The position numbers and the translations under genes were made by a program. The notes under the pieces are model-generated. The model was not told where the DNA came from, made no database searches, and saw only the letters and a list, made by a program, of their open reading frames with translations. Positions 30,401 through 39,290 of a stretch of DNA of 64,000 nt are shown here, piece after piece. The stretch comes from Patescibacteria group bacterium (lineage in GTDB: Bacteria; Patescibacteriota; Minisyncoccia; Phycocordibacterales; Zambryskibacteraceae): the NCBI GenBank assembly GCA_004322205.1, contig SCSN01000009.1, forward strand, positions 29,836-93,835, read 5' to 3'. Position 1 is the first letter of the stretch, and every line of letters starts with the position of its first letter.

Positions 30401-33400
30401 ATACTTGCATAACCCATAAATCCCTCTCCGCCAGTTCCGCCCACTTTAGTTGTGATTTTTTTCTGAAGGCGATAGAGTTCATCGGGGTTGTAGACGAAGT
30501 AGCTCTCCGTATTGTTGGCGTAGTAAATATATGAAGGTTGGCCAGTCGGAGCATAGTCAATGTCTGAAACCACATCCGTAAAGCCGCCGCCGGCAGTTTC
30601 TTTCTTCTCAACTTTCTCAACCTGTCCGCCGTTGTTGTACGTGTAGCGAGACTCAAAGAGGTCGGGATAGACGATGTTTACGATATTTCCCTGCCTGTCG
30701 TAGGCGTAGGTAGTTGTTAGATTATTGGAATTTATCTTTTTCAGTTCTGTTACCACACGGCCGAGGGGATCATAGGTATAGACTGTATTTGCTCCAGTGC
30801 TTGTGGCCGCACAGAGTTGCCCCTTGCCGTTGGTACAGCCGTCGTAGCTGTACGTTACCTCTACTCCGGTCAGTCCTGTGAAGTCTTCCGTCAGAACTCT
30901 GTTAATTCCGTCGTACGTAAAATTAACTTTCTGGTTTTTCTGATCATAGCGCTGGACAAGATTACCTGCGTTGTCGTAGACATAAGTTGTTGAAGCAAAC
31001 GTGGAGTCAGCGGATGCGTGGAGATCCTCTGCTTTTGTACGCCTGCCGAGGCCGTCGTAGGTGAAGTTGCGGACGTTTCCGAGCGCGTCGGTGATTTTCG
31101 TCAGATTTCCGAGCCCATTATAGAGATAGTTGGTCGTGTAGGTGGACGTCGCGTTAATCTCATCTACCTTTGTGAGGTTGTCATACGCGTCTTTGTATAG
31201 CTTCTTTTGCTTGCTGCGGGCATCGGTAACAGTCAGCACCCAATCGTCATAGGCGTTAGTAGTACTCCCCACTGCATTTGTAATCTTTGTCACTCTTTCC
31301 AGCGGGTCATAGGTATAACTGATCTCGAGCTTCGAGGCGGTTGAGGTGGAAGAGCGGCTCGAGCCTTGGGCAAAGTACGGCAGAGTTTCTTTATCAAGAA
31401 GGCCGATGTTGTTGTAAGTATATTCCTTTACAACAAATTCGCTCGTATTCTCCGCCTCTTTTCTCTCTTGGAGAATGCGGTTGAAGCCATCAAGGTATGA
31501 GTAGGTATCTACGATGTTGGAACTATCCAGGTAGTCACTTCTTTTTACAACTGTCGGAACCGTATTGTCCGTATAAGTGAAGGTTGTTTTTGTCTCAAGG
31601 GTGGAAGAGGTTGAAGTGCTTGGCTGTTTTTCTTCTGTCACACGATCGAGGCCGTCATAGGTTGTTTGGAAAACGAAATTATTGGGATCAGTAAATTGTT
31701 TTACCTTGCCAGAGGAGTAGTCATATTGGTATCCAAAGTTTTGGCTTACTGCGTTTGTTGTTGTTGCCGGGTAAAGATTGTTCGCATCATATACGTAGGT
31801 AGTGTTGTTCCCCCTTGGGTCAGTATCGGTAGTGACTAAGCCGTAGCTATTGTATGCCTTTGTGGATGAGGCGTAAGCCGAGCCAGTTTTCCAGAGTTCC
31901 TGCTTGGTAAGATTTCCTTTATCGACATTGCCGTAAGAGAGGGTGTCGTAATAGAGCTTTGTTTCTTTGACTTTATTTGAGCTCTGGTCAAACATTCCCT
32001 CTTGGGACAGGAGATTCACTGAAACGGAGCTGGTGGCGGAGCTTGTGGCGTAGGTGTAGTTAAAGGTGAACTTGTCTGTGCCCGCATCTGTAAATGTCCC
32101 GTCATCGCTTGCAGTTACTTCACCCCAGAGAGTCTTTTGAGAGAGATTGCCGGCGCTGTCGTCATAGACATAGCTTTCGGCCTTGTGTTTGGAATCAGCA
32201 TCACCGTCCTGCGCCCAGTCAATAGTCTGCGTAAGCTTTACATAGTGGCGATCGTTCGCTAACCCGACATTCTCCCACTTGTTAATCTTTTTAGAGTAGA
32301 TGTTGTTCGACGCGTCAGTGATTTCAGTCCTATAGGTTTTACCGATTTTCGAGACGTGATCACTAAATTCGCCGAGAGATGAATCTGTGGTGTTTCCTTG
32401 GTGGTAATATGTTTTAACTTTGGTTCCAGCATCGTTACTCCTCGTGGTACTGGCAAATCCAGCTAGACGTCTGTCACGGCCAGTGTTGAAATAGAATCGC
32501 CCATCGGAATAGGTGTAGCTAACTGCTTCAGTATTGTTGACTCCGTTGCTCTTGGTGATTTGGGAAACTGTGTCAAGAATAATCGGAAGCTTGGGATTAA
32601 GAAGGTTTCCTCCGGATGCTGTATACAGCGGAGTTTGTTTGTAGGTAATATCGTGAGTGGCTCCTTTATCTGTAACAATTTTTATTAGTTGATCCGTTCG
32701 CGAAGGATTGGCGAGACGAATAGTATTTTGCGTTGAGTTGGCACTCCAGTATATCGACTGCAAGATATCGGGTATGGCATCCCCGTCAACATCGGCCATG
32801 CGCACCCCCTCGTCTTGATCAAAACCATTTGCAAAGTCTACGGGCGGGTCCCAAGAAGGATCGGTTATCTCTACCCACTGTTTCCCGGTATTTTTAGAAG
32901 TGCCGCGGAGGGTAAGCGGCGGATTACCGTTATAGACGTAGGAGGAAATCATATCCGTCAAGTTGTCGCCGTTGACATCGGCATAACGCACTCTCATGGA
33001 AACCGATGCGGTGTAGCCAGTCTGGCTTTTCCAGCCATTGCCTGTATTCATGTGAGTTGTAGTGGAAGTGAGAAAATCATAAAGCCCGTCTGCATTGACA
33101 TCCAAAAGCTGAATATCATCGGTTATCCCATCCGTGGCAAAGGACATGGGGTTTTTCCAGCTGGCTGATTCCGTCCAACCGGCGCCGTTATTCATATATA
33201 TTTTGTTGAATTGCTGGGTGCTGGTCGCATGAGAATAGAGAATATCTACGAGGCCATCGCCGTTTACATCACCTAAACGAACCCCATTGTCTTTCTCGGC
33301 GGCAATAAAGTATTCCGGCGGCTGCCACGTTGAACTTTCAGACCAACCAGAGCCAGTGTTTAAATATGTTTTCTTTGTAGTCGAACCACTGCCTGCATCA

Positions 33401-34995
33401 ATTGCCCAGAGAACATCGATGAGAAGATCCCCGTTTACGTCTGCAAGTCTCACGCCATCGTCTTTCCCATCTTTCACAAAGTGCACTGGGAATTGCCAGC
33501 TTGAATCGTAACTCCAAGTGAGGTTGCCTCTATTATTGAGATAAATTTTTTGAGTAGAGGATGCAGAACCTTCGAGCTCTGACCAAATGAAATCGGCGAG
33601 CGCGTCCCCATTTACGTCTGCCATACGCAAACCTTTGTCGGTGCGCGAGGTTCCGTCCTTGATAAACCACATCGGAATGGTGCCGGAGGCGGCAGGATTC
33701 GGATCCCACCCATTAGCAGTCAAGGTATTTCCATAAGTAAAGGAGGTCTGCGGAAGAGTGATTTCCGTCCCCAAATCATCCTTGCCAGTTTCCACAATGC
33801 CTCCCAGCAGTTTTCTTTCTCCGTTTTCAGCCAAGGCAGAATTGAAGGTGTATTTTCTAACCCAAGAACCGTTAACTTTGGCTTGCACTTCGTTTATGAA
33901 ATACTTGGTAACAACTTCAAAGGCGGGCCGGCTTGAGGTGGCGTAGCCGGCAGCGCCGCGATTCTGGCGGAAGAATTCAAGCTCGAAGATACCGTCTGTT
34001 ACTCCGTTGCCGGTGTATTTGATTTTTGAGGGGTAAATGTATCCTGCTCCTTTGTAATACTCGTATTTTATGTAGTTATCATTTCTGTCTCGCACTTCCT
34101 CAAGCATCCAGCGATAGATCTTCGTTCCATCAGATGGATCATCCATTCTTGTGCTAGTGGAGTAGCCGAATTTGTATTGTGTCCCGCTTTTGTCTGTTAC
34201 AAGCCACGTATTACTAGAAAAGGTATATGCCCTGAACGCCCCATTTTCGTACTTCGCTCCGTAAGCCGTAGTTGTAGTAGAGGTTGTGGCAAGTTCCCCG
34301 TCAAAGGAAGAGGTAAAATAAGTTGAAGAATATAGATTGTCGGAGCCGGTGCGATTGAGACGCTCAATGTACGGAATATCCAAGTTCCAGCCGTAGCCGA
34401 ACCAGTTTACGTCGTCTGCCGTTTGATTGTTGTAGTAGAGGGTGGCGCTTGGAGTCAGACCGTTTCTGCCGGGCGACACAGTCAGTTTGTATTGATAATT
34501 GAACGAACCTGCATAGGAATCCAGTGTGAAAGCGATTCGCAGTTCTTCGTCTTTGCTCCGATCCCTAATCGGCAAATCAGAAGACTCGCCGAGAAGCGAC
34601 AAGATACCAGCTTCCCCTTCTCCAGCGGGCTCTTCATCTGTTTTCTGCTGGGGCGCTCCGTTCTGGTTTGTCTGCTCGCCCGCGACCTCGCCGGGCGGAG
34701 TACTGGGGTTGCCTGCGGCTTGCCCCGCCGATTCATTTTGATTTGCTTCTGTCGGCTTGTTCCCCGATATCCCGGGAGTAACAGAAAATTCAACATCAGC
34801 CGGACTCTCAACAGGGATATTTTGAAGAGCACCGCCGACATTCGGAGTATTCGGCTCTTGGTTCAGAGTCGCCGTCTCTTCCTGCGCGGAAACAAAGAGC
34901 GGCTGGAGGAAAAAAGAAAATACTAACGTCAAAGACGTTAGTATTTTCAAGCACTGCCGCACCTTGAGAAAATCAAAAGTACGCCTCGCCCTCAT
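27394..34995 (-). CDS. giant secreted RHS/Tc-toxin BC-like polymorphic toxin
   Basis: 2533 aa; signal peptide; Pro/Gln/Gly-rich linker; SpvB-like GYGWNLDIPYIERL segment; six or more DVNGD(G)xxD FG-GAP/VCBS-like repeats; tens of YD repeats; PIVNKDPQGLE core boundary; then an about 200-aa unique C-terminal domain. Confidence 0.9.
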   Translation of the reverse strand: MRARRTFDFLKVRQCLKILTSLTLVFSFFLQPLFVSAQEETATLNQEPNTPNVGGALQNIPVESPADVEFSVTPGISGNKPTEANQNESAGQAAGNPSTPPGEVAGEQTNQNGAPQQKTDEEPAGEGEAGILSLLGESSDLPIRDRSKDEELRIAFTLDSYAGSFNYQYKLTVSPGRNGLTPSATLYYNNQTADDVNWFGYGWNLDIPYIERLNRTGSDNLYSSTYFTSSFDGELATTSTTTTAYGAKYENGAFRAYTFSSNTWLVTDKSGTQYKFGYSTSTRMDDPSDGTKIYRWMLEEVRDRNDNYIKYEYYKGAGYIYPSKIKYTGNGVTDGIFELEFFRQNRGAAGYATSSRPAFEVVTKYFINEVQAKVNGSWVRKYTFNSALAENGERKLLGGIVETGKDDLGTEITLPQTSFTYGNTLTANGWDPNPAASGTIPMWFIKDGTSRTDKGLRMADVNGDALADFIWSELEGSASSTQKIYLNNRGNLTWSYDSSWQFPVHFVKDGKDDGVRLADVNGDLLIDVLWAIDAGSGSTTKKTYLNTGSGWSESSTWQPPEYFIAAEKDNGVRLGDVNGDGLVDILYSHATSTQQFNKIYMNNGAGWTESASWKNPMSFATDGITDDIQLLDVNADGLYDFLTSTTTHMNTGNGWKSQTGYTASVSMRVRYADVNGDNLTDMISSYVYNGNPPLTLRGTSKNTGKQWVEITDPSWDPPVDFANGFDQDEGVRMADVDGDAIPDILQSIYWSANSTQNTIRLANPSRTDQLIKIVTDKGATHDITYKQTPLYTASGGNLLNPKLPIILDTVSQITKSNGVNNTEAVSYTYSDGRFYFNTGRDRRLAGFASTTRSNDAGTKVKTYYHQGNTTDSSLGEFSDHVSKIGKTYRTEITDASNNIYSKKINKWENVGLANDRHYVKLTQTIDWAQDGDADSKHKAESYVYDDSAGNLSQKTLWGEVTASDDGTFTDAGTDKFTFNYTYATSSATSSVSVNLLSQEGMFDQSSNKVKETKLYYDTLSYGNVDKGNLTKQELWKTGSAYASSTKAYNSYGLVTTDTDPRGNNTTYVYDANNLYPATTTNAVSQNFGYQYDYSSGKVKQFTDPNNFVFQTTYDGLDRVTEEKQPSTSTSSTLETKTTFTYTDNTVPTVVKRSDYLDSSNIVDTYSYLDGFNRILQERKEAENTSEFVVKEYTYNNIGLLDKETLPYFAQGSSRSSTSTASKLEISYTYDPLERVTKITNAVGSTTNAYDDWVLTVTDARSKQKKLYKDAYDNLTKVDEINATSTYTTNYLYNGLGNLTKITDALGNVRNFTYDGLGRRTKAEDLHASADSTFASTTYVYDNAGNLVQRYDQKNQKVNFTYDGINRVLTEDFTGLTGVEVTYSYDGCTNGKGQLCAATSTGANTVYTYDPLGRVVTELKKINSNNLTTTYAYDRQGNIVNIVYPDLFESRYTYNNGGQVEKVEKKETAGGGFTDVVSDIDYAPTGQPSYIYYANNTESYFVYNPDELYRLQKKITTKVGGTGGEGFMGYASMEDYLRAEQSVVDENGNYILNQPFEKDDLRTSRSKTYLIGFDPQGNEIRQGQFYSGDIFYRDSAGNLSEIDTILIDGQNNWLMYKAPYKATLDKSPTNSPITFENGGQILSLTFPQAATSSATVQKELTDPMWAGKRVTYKNYLGSGADMVVSLGDVSLTKEFVIANSQTLQTFATGTDYEILFEITSSGDLDIEVEGKRLSQAGTIVSANPAKIIDDRGGVSYIRAPYIDDSDANRAHLRPISIRYEKIGTNIQVTKILPASYFKTTVFPVRTDLTLSPYSGSGDGGLAFIDDSAYGGDACACRPWSYIRATTSANYYGGDSYQGTARAYTDFGYYLGNSRQFYVFDTSSLGSNATVTSASLNIYVYAKQDGGNMAIVKSNQASTTLLQNSDYSRMTINNPDEGATRKNSADFLIGYNKWYLNATGTSWISPTSTTLIAIREADHDIASSTPPGFHGIHMYSSEQAGTSSDPYLEINYVNASSSDVLQDITYTYDAVGNITKIVDQSGTNSKKTLDLYYDDLNRLVIASSSVAIYGSNFRHDVMYNAIGNITRKSDKGNYTYTDSGYINPQAVTKVWNAPYTYDNNGNMLGIGGIATSTWNYNNWITKITKATSTMQMAYDHAGARVKYQVGTTATYYPNMYYDVSATTTRDKHIYSNGMLLASIRSSTTSTSTYYVHTDHLQGSTVITDASSTLNELIDYFPFGELRTDQKQTTYNESRKYIGQEYDTETALSYLNVRYYDGRIGRFASQDPVFLEIGSSLLERLSTQNLEIFLSNPQQMNSYAYANNNPIVNKDPQGLEVPPTPWGIIGMLLFMPRPLSPDPVYEPEAYAAASQPQIYFDAAPLATVGARPVPNSPKPNINFEGVWSKGSMANRAANATKHAADHAADFGTTNTKEYVESAREFVTDAISGKYPLRFDKTRGRINTYDTRTNSFASFSMNQNTGGVTMHTYFKPSSGASYSGWSNGLSLSASDVSSLQAQVIRLQQAAARFSRRFGRSN

Positions 34996-35060
34996 AAATT
35001 TATCTTATGCGCTTTTGCGATATAAAACAGTGCCGCATCTGTGGAATACATGTGGAAAAC

Positions 35061-35097
35061 AAAACCACGCCCCGCGGTTGCGGGGCGTGGTTTTGTG
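35061..35097 (-). terminator. Rho-independent terminator
   Basis: AAAACCACGCCCCGC-ggtt-GCGGGGCGTGGTTTTGT, perfect stem flanked by an A-run and a T-run, immediately downstream of the gene ending at 35102. Confidence 0.6.
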
Positions 35098-35101
35098 TGG
35101 A

Positions 35102-35530
35102 TTACTTACGGGCTATTTCGTTAAACTTCGCCCAGCAGGGAGATGACGAGAGCCACGGTCTGGTACCTTCCCTCTCGTAGAGATACCGCGCGTAAGCGAG
35201 ATTCCCCCCCAGAGAGTGGATGTCAAAGCCGAGACGCTCCGCCCTCTCGAGATGATAGAGTTCGTTAATCTGCATCACCCCGACGTCAAAGCGGTTGACT
35301 TTACCGCGATGAATTTCCCCGTTGACACCAGTCTGGCGAAAATGCGACTCGCAGCGAGCGATTTCAACCATAATCGGCAGATCGGAGAAGTACTCGACTA
35401 CTTTTTCTTTGGTGGTCGGCGGCTTCACCTCGGAGACCGCAGTCTCCTCGATGGGCGGGGCCGCCGCGGGATTTTCTAACATCGCAGCCGGGGCGCCCAG
35501 ATAGCTGAAGCCGGAAATGACAGCAAGCAA
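35102..35530 (-). CDS. Rpf/lytic-transglycosylase-like domain protein with N-terminal signal/anchor
   Basis: CESHF...DVGVMQIN...PW..SSPCW motifs resemble the transglycosylase-like (Rpf) fold. Confidence 0.45.
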   Translation of the reverse strand: MLAVISGFSYLGAPAAMLENPAAAPPIEETAVSEVKPPTTKEKVVEYFSDLPIMVEIARCESHFRQTGVNGEIHRGKVNRFDVGVMQINELYHLERAERLGFDIHSLGGNLAYARYLYEREGTRPWLSSSPCWAKFNEIARK

Positions 35531-35737
35531 CCCAATACTGGCAAGATTTAAAATAAGCTAATGGTTATTTTTAATTCTGTCGTTGCGGTAAAAAACAAAA
35601 TTCAGCTTTCGCTGAATATTGTAATAATAGCATATCTGATTTAAATAGTCAATAACTTTATACTCAAAATTCTCAAAATATCGTTGTTATTAGCCACATT
35701 TAGACAACATAACTTAATTTGTGTAAAGGAAATATCT

Positions 35738-36325
35738 CTAAAGCCACGGAATGAGTAACTTGCAAAACTCCGGGAAGAGCGCCCGGTCATAGATAAGTCT
35801 CTGGAACGCCTCCGCCTCCCAGATGGCGCCGTTTAGCCCATTGTGCGGCTTGGATTCTGTTGGAATGCCGACATACTCCATCACTTTGTCTGAATCGAGA
35901 TTGGATTTCCGGTTTTCCAAGGGTGGCGCAACGCCTCTTCGCAGCATGTGATAAAAAGTTACCGAATGCAAGTCAACAATCCGCTTGGAGAGCGGGGTGG
36001 ATATGCCAGAGCGCTGCGCCGCCGCCTTGACGAAACTCACATCAAAATCAACATTATGACCCAGAATCACCATATCATCTCTTTCTCCCAACCACTTGAG
36101 AAAATTGGCAGCCATTTCCCCTTCACTTTGCTTCCGCGCGTCTTTGATTTGCTCCTCGCTGAAACCGTTTCGCTCGAGCGCCACCGGATCAATATGCGCG
36201 CCGTCCCATATTCGGCATTCCTCGTAAAACTGAGCTTCCGGATGCGAAAATTCAACCGCCCCAATACTCACTAATGAGTTTTTCGCGAGGTCTGTTCCTG
36301 TTGTTTCTACGTCGAGGACAATCAT
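35738..36325 (-). CDS. DEDD-family 3'-5' exonuclease (DnaQ-like)
   Basis: MIVLDVETTGTD Exo I motif; HNVDFD (Exo II) and YH...D (Exo III) motifs. Confidence 0.75.
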   Translation of the reverse strand: MIVLDVETTGTDLAKNSLVSIGAVEFSHPEAQFYEECRIWDGAHIDPVALERNGFSEEQIKDARKQSEGEMAANFLKWLGERDDMVILGHNVDFDVSFVKAAAQRSGISTPLSKRIVDLHSVTFYHMLRRGVAPPLENRKSNLDSDKVMEYVGIPTESKPHNGLNGAIWEAEAFQRLIYDRALFPEFCKLLIPWL

Positions 36326-36380
36326 GGTAATTAGTAATCAGTAATCAGTTACTGTCTACTTATTTACTGTCCACTGTTCA

Positions 36381-36722
36381 TTATTTTAATCCTTTGCAAT
36401 TCGCCGCCGGACTAAAGCCGGCTTTGCGGGCTTCTTCGGCTGAAGAAAAGACAATTCGGTTTTCCGCAGATATTCTTTTTGCGCCTGAACACCACGGAAA
36501 GTGATACTTATCGCTGTTTTTTGACGCTACTACGGAGCCGGAAGTTTCTACGGCGGCGCCTTTTACTTCGGCTTCTATTTCTGCTTGTGCTTCAGACGGC
36601 GCGGAGTTGGAAACTTCCTCAAGTGTCTGTGAATCTAAACGAAGAGTAACGGGAACTTGCTTCTCCGAATAGAAAGACAGCCTTCCCAGCCCAAAGGCGG
36701 CCGTCGCGACAGCCACGAGCAC
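36381..36722 (-). CDS. hypothetical membrane-anchored protein with C-terminal Cys motif domain
   Basis: TM N-terminus, acidic linker, C-terminal YHFPWCSGAKRI...FSSAEEARKAGFSPAANC motif (possible metal-binding domain). Confidence 0.35.
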   Translation of the reverse strand: MLVAVATAAFGLGRLSFYSEKQVPVTLRLDSQTLEEVSNSAPSEAQAEIEAEVKGAAVETSGSVVASKNSDKYHFPWCSGAKRISAENRIVFSSAEEARKAGFSPAANCKGLK

Positions 36723-36906
36723 GGCCGCTCGGAAGAGATGTTCTTTGAGGTTCCGTCCGCCCGATTTACCGACGGCAACAATGTCAAATTCTTCTTCAAA
36801 AATCTTCGTTTCCTGGCTCTCCTTCCCTTTTTCTTTATTCTGCAGTATGATAGTTATATTCTAAGCTAATTAGTTAATAAAGCTAATTAGCTAACAAGCT
36901 AAGAGA

Positions 36907-37179
36907 ATGGCAACAAAAAAAGCCACAGGTTCAACAAAAAACAGCAGAGATTCCAATCCGAAATATTTGGGAATCAAGATTACTCCTGGAGCCGTCGCCC
37001 GAGAGGGAGCTGTCTTGGTGCGCCAAAGAGGAACAAAAATTCTCCCCGGCAAAGGGGTCGGCATGGGGAAGGACTACACCCTTTTCGCCTTGCGCAAAGG
37101 CACTGTTTTTCTTACAACTCGCCGCAAGCCTCATTTCGACGGCAAGACAGTGAAAAAACACGTCTTCCACATAGTTTAG
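36907..37179 (+). CDS. rpmA: 50S ribosomal protein L27
   Basis: [24 protein letters not shown]...[11 protein letters not shown] signature. Confidence 0.9.
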   Translation: MATKKATGSTKNSRDSNPKYLGIKITPGAVAREGAVLVRQRGTKILPGKGVGMGKDYTLFALRKGTVFLTTRRKPHFDGKTVKKHVFHIV

Positions 37180-37380
37180 AGTTAGTCACGTTTTTTAAAG
37201 TGTCCACAAATTCTGTGCTATAGCACAGAATTTGTGTATGTCAGAAATATGAGAAATGCAGGCAAACCAACACCTTTCAGCTCTGGATAGCGATGGGAGA
37301 GCAAATGGCAATTAAAAATATGATAAATTTCCCTGCCCCCGGTTACTTGGCGGTTCGGTCGCCGAGTTGGTTATACGATT

Positions 37381-37824
37381 TCACTTAGCCCTTACTGAAA
37401 GTTCAAACGGCACGATAGTTTCGTTTATCTTCACAGAGAGTGCATAGTCCCCGACTGTTTTAATTGGTTTTTCTAGCTCGATGTACTCCGAAGGTATATC
37501 TAGTCGGGTTTGTTCTTTGATCCTTGCCGCTAGTTCTTCTTTGTGAATGCCGGCAAACAAATGGCCTTTGTCGTTTGCCGCCTCTGTAATCTCAATTGTT
37601 GTCCCATTGAGATTCTTTATATTTTCCAGTAAAAGCGTTTCGTTGAGTTTACGTTTTGCTTCCTCTTGCGCTCGTATAACCTCAAGTCGCTTCAAGGCAC
37701 CCGCAGTCGCGGTCTCGGCGAGCTTTCTGGGAATAAGAAAGTTGAGGGCGTGGCCGGCAGCCACCTCCTTGACTTCATATTTCCTGCCGAGAGCGACAAC
37801 GTCTTTAAGCAGTATCACCTTCAT
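37381..37824 (-). CDS. rplI: 50S ribosomal protein L9
   Basis: MKVILLKDVVALGRKYEVKEVAAGHALNFLIPRKLA signature. Confidence 0.9.
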   Translation of the reverse strand: MKVILLKDVVALGRKYEVKEVAAGHALNFLIPRKLAETATAGALKRLEVIRAQEEAKRKLNETLLLENIKNLNGTTIEITEAANDKGHLFAGIHKEELAARIKEQTRLDIPSEYIELEKPIKTVGDYALSVKINETIVPFELSVRAK

Positions 37825-37979
37825 CCCGTGCGAAATTTAATAATTAAATTTTGGATGGTCATTCTATGTTTTCGCTTTGATTCTGTCCATTCCCAAATAA
37901 ATAAGTCTAGATTAAATTTCTAACGGGACAGACCCCGTAAGAAGTAGTCCCGCAAGGCTGGACGTTAGTTCGTTCAGAG

Positions 37980-39206
37980 TCAATTCAGCAAGATTTCAAT
38001 CGCTTTTTCTTTTTGCGGATCGCGATTTTTCTCCGCATCTTCTTTTGTAATTTTCACCGCAAAATCCGGTGTTACACCGCTCTCCGAAATTGAGATTCCG
38101 TTTGGCGTCAACCATCTTGCAATAGTGAGTTTGAGCGACGTTTCAGAGGTGATTTTGATTAACTCCTGAACCGAACCTTTGCCGAAAGTTCGCTCTCCCA
38201 CCAGCTTGGCAATACCGTGGTCACGCAGAGCGCTGGCCAAAATCTCCGAAGCGGAAGCAGACCCGCCGTCAACCAGAATGACGAGCTTAAGATTTTCGTT
38301 GAAAACGTCATAGCCGCGGCTGCGGTAAATCACATCATCCTGTTTGCCGCCGAAATCTTCCCGCACCACCACTTTACCGGCGGGCAGAAACCAGCTCGCC
38401 ATATCAATTGATGCCTCCAAGTAGCCTCCCGGGTTGCCGCGCAGATCAATGAGCAGTTTATCGGTATTGGCTCCAATAAATTCCCGAAGCGCTTTGCGGA
38501 AAAGGTCTGGAGCATTAGCGGAGAAACTGTAAAGTTCGATAAGGAAAATCCTGTTGGGCAAGAGTTCGGTGCGGATAGTCGGGATATTAATCGTTTCGCG
38601 CACCAGAGTGAATTGAAGCGGTTCCTTGAGACCGTTGCGCGCGACGGTTAAAGTAACTGTTGTCCCGCCCTGCCCGCGAATGAGAGAGACCGCTTGTTCG
38701 GTAGTCATGTTAACAGTCGGCTTGTCGCCAATTTTGATAATTTTATCGCCCGCTTTGATGCCAGCGCGATAAGCCGGGGTGTCTTTGAGCGGCGCCACGA
38801 CCGTCACGACTCCATCGCGAATACCAATTTCCATCCCCACACCCTCAAAATTGCCGCGAACGTCGCTTTCGAAGAGCTCCGTTTCAGTGGGCGGCAGAAA
38901 GACGGTGTGAGGATCTTTGAGAGATTGAGCCAATCCTTCAATGGCGCCCCAGACTTTCTCCTGATCACTTATCACTCCGGTCGAAGTGGCTGGAGAAACG
39001 AATTTCTCGTTGATGACGCTCCAAGCTTTCCAAAACGGCGAAAAATCAACAGTTTGAGGCTTATTTTCCTCTTTGTTAGTAACTTCAGTGACCTGCTCAA
39101 TGGCGGGCACCGATCCCCTGCCGATCGAGACGCCGGCGTAGAAAATCAAAGCTGCAATGACAAGCCAGCCAACAACTTTGCCGAGTCTCTGATCAGTTCC
39201 CTTCAT
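37980..39206 (-). CDS. ctpA: C-terminal processing peptidase (S41) with PDZ domain
   Basis: TM anchor, PDZ segment, S41 motifs (DLRGNPGGYL, catalytic Ser/Lys region). Confidence 0.85.
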   Translation of the reverse strand: MKGTDQRLGKVVGWLVIAALIFYAGVSIGRGSVPAIEQVTEVTNKEENKPQTVDFSPFWKAWSVINEKFVSPATSTGVISDQEKVWGAIEGLAQSLKDPHTVFLPPTETELFESDVRGNFEGVGMEIGIRDGVVTVVAPLKDTPAYRAGIKAGDKIIKIGDKPTVNMTTEQAVSLIRGQGGTTVTLTVARNGLKEPLQFTLVRETINIPTIRTELLPNRIFLIELYSFSANAPDLFRKALREFIGANTDKLLIDLRGNPGGYLEASIDMASWFLPAGKVVVREDFGGKQDDVIYRSRGYDVFNENLKLVILVDGGSASASEILASALRDHGIAKLVGERTFGKGSVQELIKITSETSLKLTIARWLTPNGISISESGVTPDFAVKITKEDAEKNRDPQKEKAIEILLN

Positions 39207-39290
39207 AGAAAGTACCCGTTAGTATAGCAAATTTATCATCGCCGTAAAACACCAACCTTAGAAACCTTAGAGCTGTGATATACTGATTTC

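Noticed and set aside
27699-34926. Many plus- and minus-strand ORFs nested in the RHS gene (e.g. 28534..28815 +, 30079..30534 +, 34423..34926 +)
   Set aside because: Out-of-frame or antisense to a continuous 2533-aa ORF with clear repeat and domain structure. The antisense ORFs simply mirror the duplicated RHS DNA.
36325-36380. Short tandem repeats (AGTAATC x2; TTACTGTCTAC/TTACTGTCCAC) and similar AT-rich iterations at 20640..20670
   Set aside because: Two or three copies only, irregular spacing, no conserved repeat-spacer periodicity. Not a CRISPR array; no cas genes in the window.
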